59,649 nt of DNA from a virus (lineage: Duplodnaviria > Caudoviricetes): positions 1 through 59,649 of the IMG/VR virus record IMGVR_UViG_3300037089_000087. One strand, given 5' to 3'. A program made the translations under genes and the position numbers. Shown piece after piece: positions 26,733 to 38,700 of this stretch. The first letter of the stretch is position 1. Every line of letters starts with the position of its first letter. A model generated the notes under the pieces. The model saw only the letters and a list, made by a program, of their open reading frames with translations. It searched no databases and was not told the DNA's origin.

Positions 26733-29700
26733 CTAAGTTGTTTCCCCTAAACTCTCCATCATTTTGTTATAGAGTGCCAGAATTCTTTTGCGAGCATCGG
26801 GGGTCTTGTTCTTCAGAGCCGTCCGCATCTTTTTATTGAGAAGGGGTTTGAGTTCCTTTCTCTCGACTTCGTTACCAAGTTCATAGACGGTGATAGCCTC
26901 TTCCGGTTCTAGCTGTTTAAATTCCCGTACCAGCGGAGGAACATTCTTGCTTTTGATGATGTCGCGGGCTTCTTTCGATGTGATTTTTCCATCCAAAACA
27001 GCCTGATGAATTTCCTCAGTATCTCCGGTCTGCTGTAGTCTTCCGCGTAGTTGCCGTTTGAGGTTGTAAATATCAGCTTGCGCCTGCGTCTTCTCTGACT
27101 TCGGTGTTCTCGCCTGTAAGATATCCCTCATGGTATTCTGAGCTGGAGTATTCAGATACTCTGCGCTTGCAGGCATAACGCCTATTTCCGGTGCTAATGC
27201 TTTCAATGGGTTTTTCGCTATTGTGGATGCCATACCACCAAGAGTGTCATCCTCACCAGCAGCAACCGCCGATTTTTCAAGTCCACGCATCCAGAACGGC
27301 TCAAATTGCTTGACGGTAAACATTCCCAATTCTCCACCTTGGGCTATTATACTGTCTCCTTTATGGCGTATCTCTACACCATAATAGTCGGTATTGCGAA
27401 TCATATCAGAAACAACGCCTATCATTGGATGAGCCTTTGCAAGCAAGGTCTTAGTAGGATGTCTCCAGTAGGCGAAGAGGTCTTTTGCGTAAGTTGGTAG
27501 CAAGTACCTTATAGGCCGTCCCTGCTCATCATTCTCACCAGTCCTGAATGCCCACCAATCAGTACTCGTTGGGCTGGTATCAAGGTCTCCGGTAAAGGCA
27601 TAGGTTAATGCGCCGTTTATAGCTGCCGCCGTGATAAGAAGCGACATGGTATAAGCTGCCCTATCTGGTAGCTTATCTGGCATTTTCCCTGTTTTCGTCC
27701 ACTCTGCGAGGAACTTGGAAAAATCTTTTAATCCACCCGCGATTTGAGCTATAGTGCCTCCTGACCAACCCGGCGCGCGGACTGTAGCCTGAACTATGTT
27801 TTTGTTCTGGTTATCAAGGAATATACGGTCATATCTGACCATACCCATACTCGCATCAACGAAGTTCCATGCAGCACGTAATTCTGGTACTAGCTCTTGC
27901 AAAGTTTTGTTTGGGTTCATTTCTATGAGCCGTTGGACTTTATAACCAAACACGCCAGCTTTCTGTTTCGGCACCAGCCATTCCATGATAGGCTTGGCAG
28001 ACAGCTCTATAAAAGCGATAGGTGAGCGCATCGCAGCTCGCAATTTATGTTTTCCATACCAATCCTGAAGCATCTTTCCTGTTTGCTCGGTTTTCAAACC
28101 CTGTTCCAATCTCCAACCGCCTCCAGCAAGTACCGCTGCCTTGGCAATAATTGCAACTGGGTTTGTAAGCTGGCTGACAGGCACGTTTGTAGGAACATTA
28201 ACGGTGGGGTTCTGCCATTCCTTCAGTATGCGTGAGCCGTCCATTGGAGTCTTGATAATAGCCATCGGAACATGCGATAACGATGTTCCTAAATCCCCTA
28301 TCGTGCGATTGCCTTTAATAACTCCATACAAATCCTGTATAACGTGAGAGTTGGCAATAACTGTTACCTCTCCCGATGTAAACCCTGCGTGGAAGAACGA
28401 CCCTACGCTTAACTGCGACATATTCAAAACATTTGCAGCCGACATGGTCCATTTATATGCATCTCCGAAGAGTTTATTATTATAGAGGCTCGATGACATA
28501 TAATTGTTCAGTATTTCCGCAACTGGTTTCTTGGCTATCATGTGACCGAGAATTGGGAACCCACCAAGATACTTCTCGCCCGTGAGTGCTTTGAGCGAAA
28601 GCCCCTGACGAATATCAGCAAGCTCGGAAATCTCAGGAGTGCTTTTGATAAATGCGTCAAAGTCTTTGAATACAGTAGGAGCAACCTCTTCAAACCTGTC
28701 CTTGGCATGGATGTAGGCTTCGAGTAAATGAGCCATTTTCTCTTCTTTTTTACGAACCTGTTTTTTATATGCCGGAGATGCTTCACTACCTTCCCATGAA
28801 AGGTCTGCTAATGTTCTCAACTCGTTCTGAATCGTTGCTCGTTTTTCCGCTGATGCGGTTTTGGTAACTTCTCCACGTTTCCCTATGCCTTCAGCACCAG
28901 CAACAAGTTTATCCCATAAATCGTATTTCGTGTCGAGCTTATGACCTATTTCATGAGCCATAACTGAAAGTTCTGTGGCAAACTGGGTTACTATCTGACC
29001 GCCTTCTTCACGGCTTGCCCAACCAAGCTTTCCACGGCCTGCATTCCACTTACGCTCATGCTGAATGCCTAATGCCGCAACAACATTTGACAGACCCTCG
29101 AAAACATTACGGTCAACATACTCGACAGTTTTCATTGTCGGCGGTCCGTAAACTATTCCAACCCTGCCGTTCAGTTCTGCCCAATCTTCCGGCATCTCTT
29201 TTCCGGAACCAAGGAATTTCACATCCCCGTTCGGTCTTGCGGTATTGTTAATATAGTCATGTCCAACAATGGCGGTATTCATTTCAGCAAGTTTTAACGC
29301 CACATGGTCCATAGGATTCGGCGATACCGACCTCAAACCAAATTCTCTTGCAGTCATGACATCATCAAATGTTTTATGTTTTTTATATGACTCCTTACCA
29401 TAAAGGTTGTGCTTGGTAAGATATTGATAATGGTCAACATCTGACCCTTTCTTGTCTTTCAAGAGTTCATCTACACGGTTCTTGATTACGGTCTTCTCTT
29501 CATCTTCCCAATCACCAAGAGGTTTAGGTTCTCCTGGATGCGCTTCGAGATATTCCCCCATAGCCTGATTGAACGCCCTGACGGAATCTTTACTATGCAT
29601 GCCGGGGAAGTAAAATTGTCGCAATGTTTCAAGTGGAACACCAGCCCTTTCAAGTGCGTCAAGTGCTTCTTGGAGCGCATCCTTCGTAACTTTTTCAGCC

Positions 29701-32700
29701 TTTCTAATCATGTTTGCCTGAAGCCCAGTAGTTCCGTATCGTTCGTTGATTTCCGCATTAGTCAGTTGGGCAAGACGGCCTTGCGACACATCCGACTCAA
29801 ACAGAATACCGGGGTTGTTCAGTCCTTTGCTCTCATCTCCAACGCCAATCTTACTAAAGAACCCATATGGATGCTTTGCAGAATCTTCAAATTTCCCAAG
29901 CTCGCCATGTATCTGTGCATAGGCTACGTCTTCTCGTCTATTACGTTCTCCAATTCTAATGCTAATCTCACGAGCAGCTTTCGTATGCTCTGGACTAATG
30001 GTGGTAGGTGCGATAAGAGTTTTGACGAATTGCGATACCCCCTTGCCAATCTTTTTAGCAATCTCAAAACCCGGCATATAAAGATGCTCTGTTTTTGCCA
30101 GAGCATCCTTGGCATGGTCAACTATATCCTTAGCTGGTATGTCTGGTCGTTTGTCTGGGTCAAATTCATGGCCGAAAAGTGAGTAGAACACTCTAGCATC
30201 GTGAGCATTAACCTTCTCTTCTTCCGGCGTGAAATCTGTTCTCTCGTTAGGGTTGTTTATATATAAAGCGTTGTAAATATCTTCGGAACCTCGAATTCCC
30301 CATTTCTTTTCTGCTTCATCACGACTGAAAAAATCTCCATTTCTGTCGATAAATCCAGAGATATATTTCTGACCTTTCGGTGCGTTTCTCCTTAAATCTT
30401 CATGTGTATCACCGAATTTGCTAGACTGAATGTCTCCTGTGTCTGTGTTTTTTATGGCTGGTTGCAATCCTTCTATGTCTCGCTGACGGCTCAGGATAGA
30501 CTTCCATTGTCTCTCGGTAGCTAAAGAAAGTTTCGGTTCTTCGAGCTTTGGTTTGGAAAATCTCTCACCTTCTCCGATATCGGATGTTTTGCTTTCTCCT
30601 GTTTTTGCCTTGAGTTTGGCAAGTTGATTGGAATATCTCGTAAAATCTTTCTTTTCTCCTACCGTTAATGGGATACCAGCATCCATTTTTGCCTGTATCT
30701 CGGCAATCATTTTCTTCCTATATTCTGGATAGTCTGCTTCGGTGGCATAGAGCGGTTCTTCTAGCTTTGGTTCTGTGATTTCTTTTGGTCTTGATTCGAG
30801 ATAGGTTTTTATTAAGTCAGATGAGGATTTTATGAGCCGTTCAGCCTTATCTGGTTCATAGTAATTACTTGCAACTACCTTTTCGCTGATAAAACCCATT
30901 TTGCGGAAAGCATCTACAATCCAGTCAACGAATTTCCGGAACGATGATGGACTCTGACGTTGCAGATTCTCGTAGAAACGAGGGTCACGAATGGCATCTC
31001 CTAATACATATCCTCCGTACTCTTCCCATAATTCGTCTGGGGTTTGTTCTTTCAAGCCAATTTTTATATTTTCTTTGTTTCTCCAATCGGTAAATCTTAC
31101 AAAAGTCTTTTCCGGTATGGCAGTACGAATATCACGCTCGAATGTTTCGCCCGCTGTTTTTAAAATATCAGAACCTACCCTACCTTCATTTTTGATAGTA
31201 TGATAGAGTTCATGTCCAAATGTTTTCATGATGCTCTGTGCGTCAGAGAGATGCGATGCAAGGTAAATACGGCTTGCATCAATAGCCACACCGTCAAATT
31301 TTGAGTTTGCCTGAACCCAAACAATTCTCTTAGAAAATGCTTTAGATAGAATTTCTGCGGCGGCAGTTTGTGTTGGGGTTATTTCTCTTGCGGCTTCGAT
31401 ATCTGGATTTCCTGATTTTTCTCTGAGGTCTGCGATGTCTTGGCTAATCTTTCCTTCATTTGCACGTATGGAGTCAGGCATTTTATTCCCTTGTCCCATG
31501 ACTCTTCTGGGGTCTCCGATGGCTCCTGAGACATCTTTTTCAGTCTGTCCTGTATCCGGTAGAACGGGCAAGGTCTTATCAAGTCCTTCTCCCACCCCTT
31601 TCTCCTCTCTGCCCACTCCGACTCTCTCTTCTCCTGTTCTGCCTCCTTCATCGCCTGCTCGTACCGCTTGTCCTCTTCCTCCTGTTCCTTTTGTTCCTGT
31701 TTCAACCTGCTCTGCACCAGAGTCCACCCGCATCGGTAGTCCTTCTCCCATCCCTTGATTCTCTCCTCCCACGCCTTCTCTTCCTGTGCTAATCGTTCTT
31801 CCTCTTTTTGCTCTTTGGTCTTGAACATCTCCCGCAACCACTTTCCGAGAGGCAGATGGAACTTGCGTCTCTGGCGAGGCATTTCCTTCTCCACGAGTGC
31901 CTTCAGTCCCGATAGACCTTCCTGCTGTTCCTGTGTCAACATTGTATGACCCCTTTCTTAAAATATCTAACACTTCAGACTTTGGCATGACCGGACGGCT
32001 CATACCATTCAGCATCTCTACCGCCTGTTGTGACCCGTCTGCTGATATAATACCACGTTTCTCCATATCTTGCAACTTATTTATTGCAGATGCGATACGA
32101 ATATTTTTCTCATACGTATCATCGAGAATTTTGATAGCACGGTCTATATTTGGCTTATTTTCTAGAGAAAACAATGCTTTAGTGTCAGCACCTTTCTTTG
32201 CCGCAAAGATTTCTCCTGCCTTGCCTTCAAGATAGCCCGGAGACATCTCGATAATAGCACCATCTTTGATGTTGCCCTCTTCTATTTCCGCATGCAGGGC
32301 ATTCGAGATGGATGAAGGATTAATCTTATATTGACGCTTGGTTTTGGATTCTTTCGATGCTTCTGGAGACACGTTGTAGACAAGCCACGACCCCGCTTTA
32401 GGGTCGTCTTTAGATATGAGCGCAACGGTGAACCGTGGATTCTTGGCAAATGCGGGGTCGGCTTTGGCAATATCTCGGATTACACGGCGACCTTCTTGAG
32501 CCATTTCTCCAGCTATAAGACCTTCACGGCCAACCTTTTCACCCGGAGCACCAAGATAGGTAAGACCTTCCTGCTTTGCCAGTTCCTCTGTTTTTGGTGT
32601 CGTATCGATAGGCAGGAAATCATGGTAAGTGGTCGGTGCAAATTCCCCACCTTCTTGCTTACGCACCTTTTGCGATTCTACTCGTATGCCATTTTTAGTC

Positions 32701-35700
32701 TTCTTGACTGTGCCTTTTAATACTGCTTCCCATGATTTATCATATTGTTTCTGATTTTCTTCGCTTTTTGGCTTCGATGATTCATAGGTGAACGGGTCTC
32801 TATGACCATCGGGAACATATAACCACTTTCCAGCCTCAAAGTCTTCTTTCAGTTTTTGCGGTGTCTCTGGTATGGTAAATTCTTGAGGCTTCTTTGCCAT
32901 GACCCGTACATCGCTCGGTTTCTCGGTTGCGGATGGAGTTGGAGGGTACTTACGGGTTTTCTCTTCCTCTTTGGCGGCATCACGAGCTTTTTCTTTTTCT
33001 GATTCGAGTTTAGATTTTTTCTTGTCCTCAGCAATGAGCCGTTCACGCTCTACATCCACATTTTTCTGAAGGTCGACCATAGCCGTAACCTTTTCCGGAG
33101 ACGTTTTCATTGCTCCTACGTCATTCAGAGGCTCGATGAACTTTTTATGTAACGCATCGTAAGTCTCGGTACTCTTATCGATGTGAGAAGACAATAAATC
33201 CGTAATGTGGTCTTGATGCCGATTAATGAGTTGGTTCAAGACAAGCTTTTTGAGAGAATTCGCATCGTCAGACTTTGGAGATGTCGTAATCATTGACGTT
33301 ACGCTGTCTTCTGTTTGACTGGAAACGTCATCGTCAATCTTGCCATAAGACTTTATTTCATCTTTTACCATGTTCCTGATGGCATCATAGGTCTTTTTCG
33401 ATACGCCTTGATTATCAAGAATTTCCTGTGCGGCCATACGGTTCGGTTCGTCACCCTGCTCAACAACTTCATGGAGATACGTGCTCCGTATCTCTTTCCT
33501 GAGAGGTTCTGCTTCTTGGCTCAAAACCCTGACCTTATCGTAGTTTTCTGATAACTGCTTGGACATTTCATCGTTCAGTTTTGAGCCGTATTTTGAACGC
33601 TTCTGCTTTTTCTTCAGAGCTTCAGCTTGTTTATTAAGACCTTTTATTGACTCATCGATTTCCTCAATGCGTTCTTTTGCCTTGGTAATGTCAACAGGCT
33701 TTGCGGTGGGCTTCTCAACTGTTGCCGACCATTTTTCTAATTCTTCCTTAGGTACCCAAACTGTTTTTGGCAACTTGATTCCAGTTCGATTCTCAAATTC
33801 GGCTCGTAGAATCTTGTTACCCTTATGTAAAATCTGAAACATTTTATCGGAATTTCCAGACTCGAACGCCTCATTAAACAGATTCTTTGAGGCTTGCGGT
33901 AGAGAATAAAACGCACCAGTAGTCGGTTTAGATGGAGCCGTTGGTTCTTCTGTTTTTGGTTTTGGTTCTGATTTAGGTTCTCCTGTCGGTTTTTCCGAAG
34001 CCCATGATTCGAGAGCGGACTTTCTCTTAAATTTCATATTCGGAATTTCTTTACCTGTCTGATGTTCAAATTCCTTCACGAGAGCATAGAATCTCCAACC
34101 AGCAGACACTTCGCTATCGTTCAATAAATCCAACATTCCTTGAGCGTCACGGGATTCTAATAGCTCATTGAACCTGTCTTTCGTTCTTTGAGGTAATGCA
34201 TCGAAGGCTTGGGTGGGCTCCTTGACTTGAGCCGTTAGTGCCTTGGTTTCTTCTGCTGGGTTCTCCTTTGGTTTCGGGAAACTCATGTTGGCTTTATCAG
34301 CGGCTTGCTTTGCTGATTCATACGTTCTCTCTATCCCATGCGTGGAAATTGTATACTTGTCATACAAAACCCACTTGTCCTTGTTTTTAGTGGAACGCAT
34401 AGGAACAATATTATCAAGGAATCCTTCGGGTGGAGTGTAAACAGGTTCATCTGTTATTTGAGCCGTCCGTTCCTTGGATTCTGCTGGTTCCGGTTCTTTC
34501 GCAAGGTCAGGGTAATCTTTCATGATTTCTGGGTCAACAACCTTACCTTCCGAGACAGCCTTCATTACAGCGTCTTTATGGGTTTGTCCAAACGGTCTAG
34601 GAACAAAAAGATTCTTCTCAAATCCAGACTTATACTCTGCATTCTGGAAAGTAGGTTCAATGCCAAATCGTTTAGCTGTATGGTTTCCAACCCAAGCCAG
34701 AATTGTTTTATCTCCCCGTTGACGGGCTAGATGAAGTCTGTGTTGACCATCCAAGACAATGGTTTCTGGTGCAACTCCATACATTCGTTTATGGCGACCC
34801 ACTTCACGGTTATTCGCATCTACCACGATTGGTCCGGTAGCCTTGGGTGGCTCTTCTCGGTATTTTGTTTCTTGACCTGCCACACCGAACCAGTCTATTT
34901 TATCAATAGGAACTTCAGCAAGCGTATAGGTATCGCTTGGCATCCAATGGTCAGCGTAATCTTTTGGACTCTTATTTATTTTGGCATCGGGGTCAATATA
35001 CGGAGAATCTTTTGATATTTCATGGATATGAGTAGCAAGCTGTTCTTGGGTAACTGTTTGCCCTATCTTTGGATTTTTGGGCATCTTCATCCATTCTTCC
35101 CGTGTCATCTGATAAGGTTCTTTCTGTTCTTGAGCCGTCTGTTCCTCTTTGGCTTGAGCCGTCTCCGGCTCTGTTGCGGTTTCAACACGTGGTTGACCCG
35201 CTGGTTCCTCGGTTTTTACCTTTGCGTTATTGATAATACCCATGATATCGCTATTTGCGGGTTTCATGCCAAGCTTGTCATTCTCAATGGCTTCTTGGAC
35301 TTCAGATAACATATCTGGATTGAGCCGTTCGTCCCCTACTAAATAACCAGCTTTGCGGGCATAGTCCTCTGCTTCATCAAGGGTCATTGGCTTGGATGGT
35401 GCCTCTTCTTTAGGTGTAGGAGCTTCTGGTGCGACTTCGGCTTTTGGTTCAACAGGTGCAGACGGCTCACTAACTGGAGGAGTTACTTCTTCCTTCTTGA
35501 CTTGAGCCGTTGGTTCCTCTTTTTTCGGTTCTAGTAAACTCTTTGCCAATTCCGGTGTCATGAGTTCCGGATGTGATTTGGCAATCTTTGTGAAGAATGC
35601 CTTACCCTTTGGTGTCGTATCAGTCCATCCACGGATTATGCCGTGGTCTGCTACTGCTTTCTTGACCAGTTCCGTTGCGTATCCCTTTCGTTCTTCGGAT

Positions 35701-38700
35701 TCAAGGGTCTCAACTTTACGGACGGAAATAGTTCCATCTTCATGCTTTGTATAGTGAAGGAATGATACATCCTCACCATTTGCATTACGGGCGACAATCT
35801 GGGTATCATCTGGACCCATTACGGATGTCCTGCGCCCACCACGGAAGGAATTGTTTTCCACTATGTTTACCTTTGAAGATTCTTTTTGTGGTGGAACTTC
35901 TGCCGTTTTTTCAGGAACGAACGGCTCATCTGGGTATAGAATTTTACCAGCCTTTATCTCTTCTCTTTTCTGTTTATACGTTAATGTTCTACCATCCGCA
36001 TCGACCATAATTGATGGAGTTGATACCAGAACGCCATCTTTCATTAACCCCTGCGTTGTTATCTTGCTTATTATTTCAGAACCAATTATATCAGAATCGG
36101 TTAACTGGAACTCTGCCTTGACAGTCAGTCCATAGTCAAAGGCATCTCCTTCTTTCACGACATCTTGTATTTCAAGCCCCTTGCTTTTCAAATAATCCTT
36201 CGCTTCCTGAATTAACTTCTTGACTGCCTCGGTTTCCAGTTCTGGTTTTTTAGATATTCTTCTCTCTAAATTGGTAATTCTTGTTGCAACCTCTCCACTT
36301 GATGCTTGGTGTAACGCATCTTGTAACGCTTCAATGCCTATTTGCATTCCTTGAGGAACGGCCTTGACCCGTTTTTCTTTATCTGATACTTTAGGAGCAG
36401 ACGGCTCAGGTGAAGGCTCTGGAGCAACAGGAACTTCAGGCGCAACGGGAGCCTCGACAGGCGGTTCTGCTACGGGTTGAGCCGTTGGCTCCTGTTCGGC
36501 AGGAACCTCTGGACGGCTCATTTCATCCTGAAGTGTCTGTTTTACAATATCTTCCGGAGTTTGTGGCTTCACAGATGGCGGTAGCGTCTCTCCAGAGGGC
36601 TTTTGAGGCATTTCTGGAGCCGTAGGTGTCGTAGGAGCCGGAGTTGGCATGGTAAGGTCTGTAGGTGCGCCCCCAGAGCCGTCTGTGGGTGGTAAGACAT
36701 TCGCCTCAGTCGGCATCTTGGTGAGGTCAACAGCAGGTCCGCCAGGCACTATGGCAGGCAAAGATATGATTGGTCGTGGACTTTCCAGACCGCCAGCCTT
36801 TGCAAGGTCGAGCTTTTGCATAACTTCAGCATGCCTATCGGCGGTAGCTTGGTCGTTTGCCTTTTTGAAGTCCTGAGCGGTCATTGCGGGGATATCTTCA
36901 GGTTTTGCAGGAGATTCGCTGACGGCTTTCCCGAAATCCTCTAAATCATTCTTATATTCCTCGCGCTTTCCTTGAACCAACTCGTCTTCAGGAGACCCTA
37001 ACGGCTCATGGAAGAACTGGCTATCCAATGCCCTCTGGTCTTGAGTTAATGGTAGCGTCTGTTCTGGAGGTGTAGGAGCAGACGGCTCACCAGTAGGCTC
37101 AGGTTGGGCTGTTGGTTCCCTCAGACTTTCTGCTGATAAGTTAATTGGCTTGCCTTCATTGATAGCAGCGATACTATTCCATCTGAAGTTTTCTGCCATC
37201 TTCGGGTCAATCTTCTTCAGTTGTAAGGCAACGGCATTCACTGCGGCCATGCGCTGTTTAGCGTAATTTTCAGCATCTTTCCCTTTCAGGTTAGGTCGTG
37301 GGTCGCTAAAAGGTTTTGTACGAGCGGCTAAACCGAAAATAGATGAAATGATAGTAAGTCCAACGCTTGATGGTATAGTGCTTTTAAGAGCTTCCCATAC
37401 TGTAGGTTCTTCCGGCCCAGTAACCCCAAACGCTCTCTCCACGGCAACTGGAATGGTTCCGTAAGCAGCTAGTGCTGCCATGGTAGTGCCAAGACCTACG
37501 CCAAAACTCTTCGCAAAACCTTTAGCCATCTCAGAGCCAGCGGCATTCGTAAAGACTTCTTCAGCGGTGAACGCACCTTTCCCTAGAGCTTTTCTGAACA
37601 ATCCGCTTGCTATACCCTGACCTTTACTCAGATATTTTCCACCGAAAGCATATACCGCACCAGTAATTCCTCCAGCTATCATTGCGTTCTGTTTTGCTTC
37701 TTCAGGAGATTTTCCTGATGCTAATTGCGACTTGTAAACTTTGTCATGAGTCTCTTTGTAACCACTCAATGCAAAAGCAGTCATACCAATCGCTTGGCCA
37801 ATAGGTCCTAAAGCGAATGGAGCTAATTGGGGAAGAATACCTGCTCCACCAGCCAACGAAGCGGAAATCGGGTGCTTGGATACATCTGAGTATTCAGTTG
37901 GCTGTAATTCTGGTAATTTATTAATCCCTTCAATCGCCTCTTGTGTTCCGCGAATGTTTTTAGCAAACTTCTCCATAAAGCTTTCTTCTGGTTTTTCACC
38001 AACAGACGTCTCATCGGAAAACGGACTCTTACCTTCCTTGACTCTCCCTTCAGCATGGGCAATGGCCTTATCCATAATTGATTGACCCATCGGAGTTCTG
38101 AAAAGGTTTTTATCGCCATCTTTTGAGTTAAGGATGTAATCAACCTGTTCTTTGCTAAGACCAGGAACAAGGGTTGGAATCTCCATTTCCTTATCGTTAA
38201 TATTTGTTCCAACAGTGAACTCGGTCATCACACCTTTTCCATCGGGACGGTTTAAAACTCCGAGCCATCCATTTCCTTTTTTTGAGCCGTCTTGACGTGT
38301 TCCCCAGTCTTTACGTTCAGGAATTTCTGGACGGCTCGTATCAGGAAGCGTCTGTTGATGTTTCTCTGGTACAAAAGCATCAGCAACAGCTTCAGGTATA
38401 GAATAAAGCATATGAGATAAGCCCTGTTGTCCTTTTACTAATTCCCTCCCAACTTCCTTCGTTCCTTCCCATGCCTGCTTGAAAATACCCGGTTTTTCTG
38501 GAGGCAATGTTTTTTGACTTTTTTGTGATGGAAGTGTAGACCCACTCTGGGATGAAGGTGTTGGTGGTTTATCATAAGATTCGGTAAGTGGTTTATAGTC
38601 GTACTGGGGTGTTGAGGGAGATGAAGACGCAAGTCCACCAGCATTGCCGGAATCAGGCAACGTGGAAGTTGATTTTGGTATTGTTACTCCGGGTATAGCC

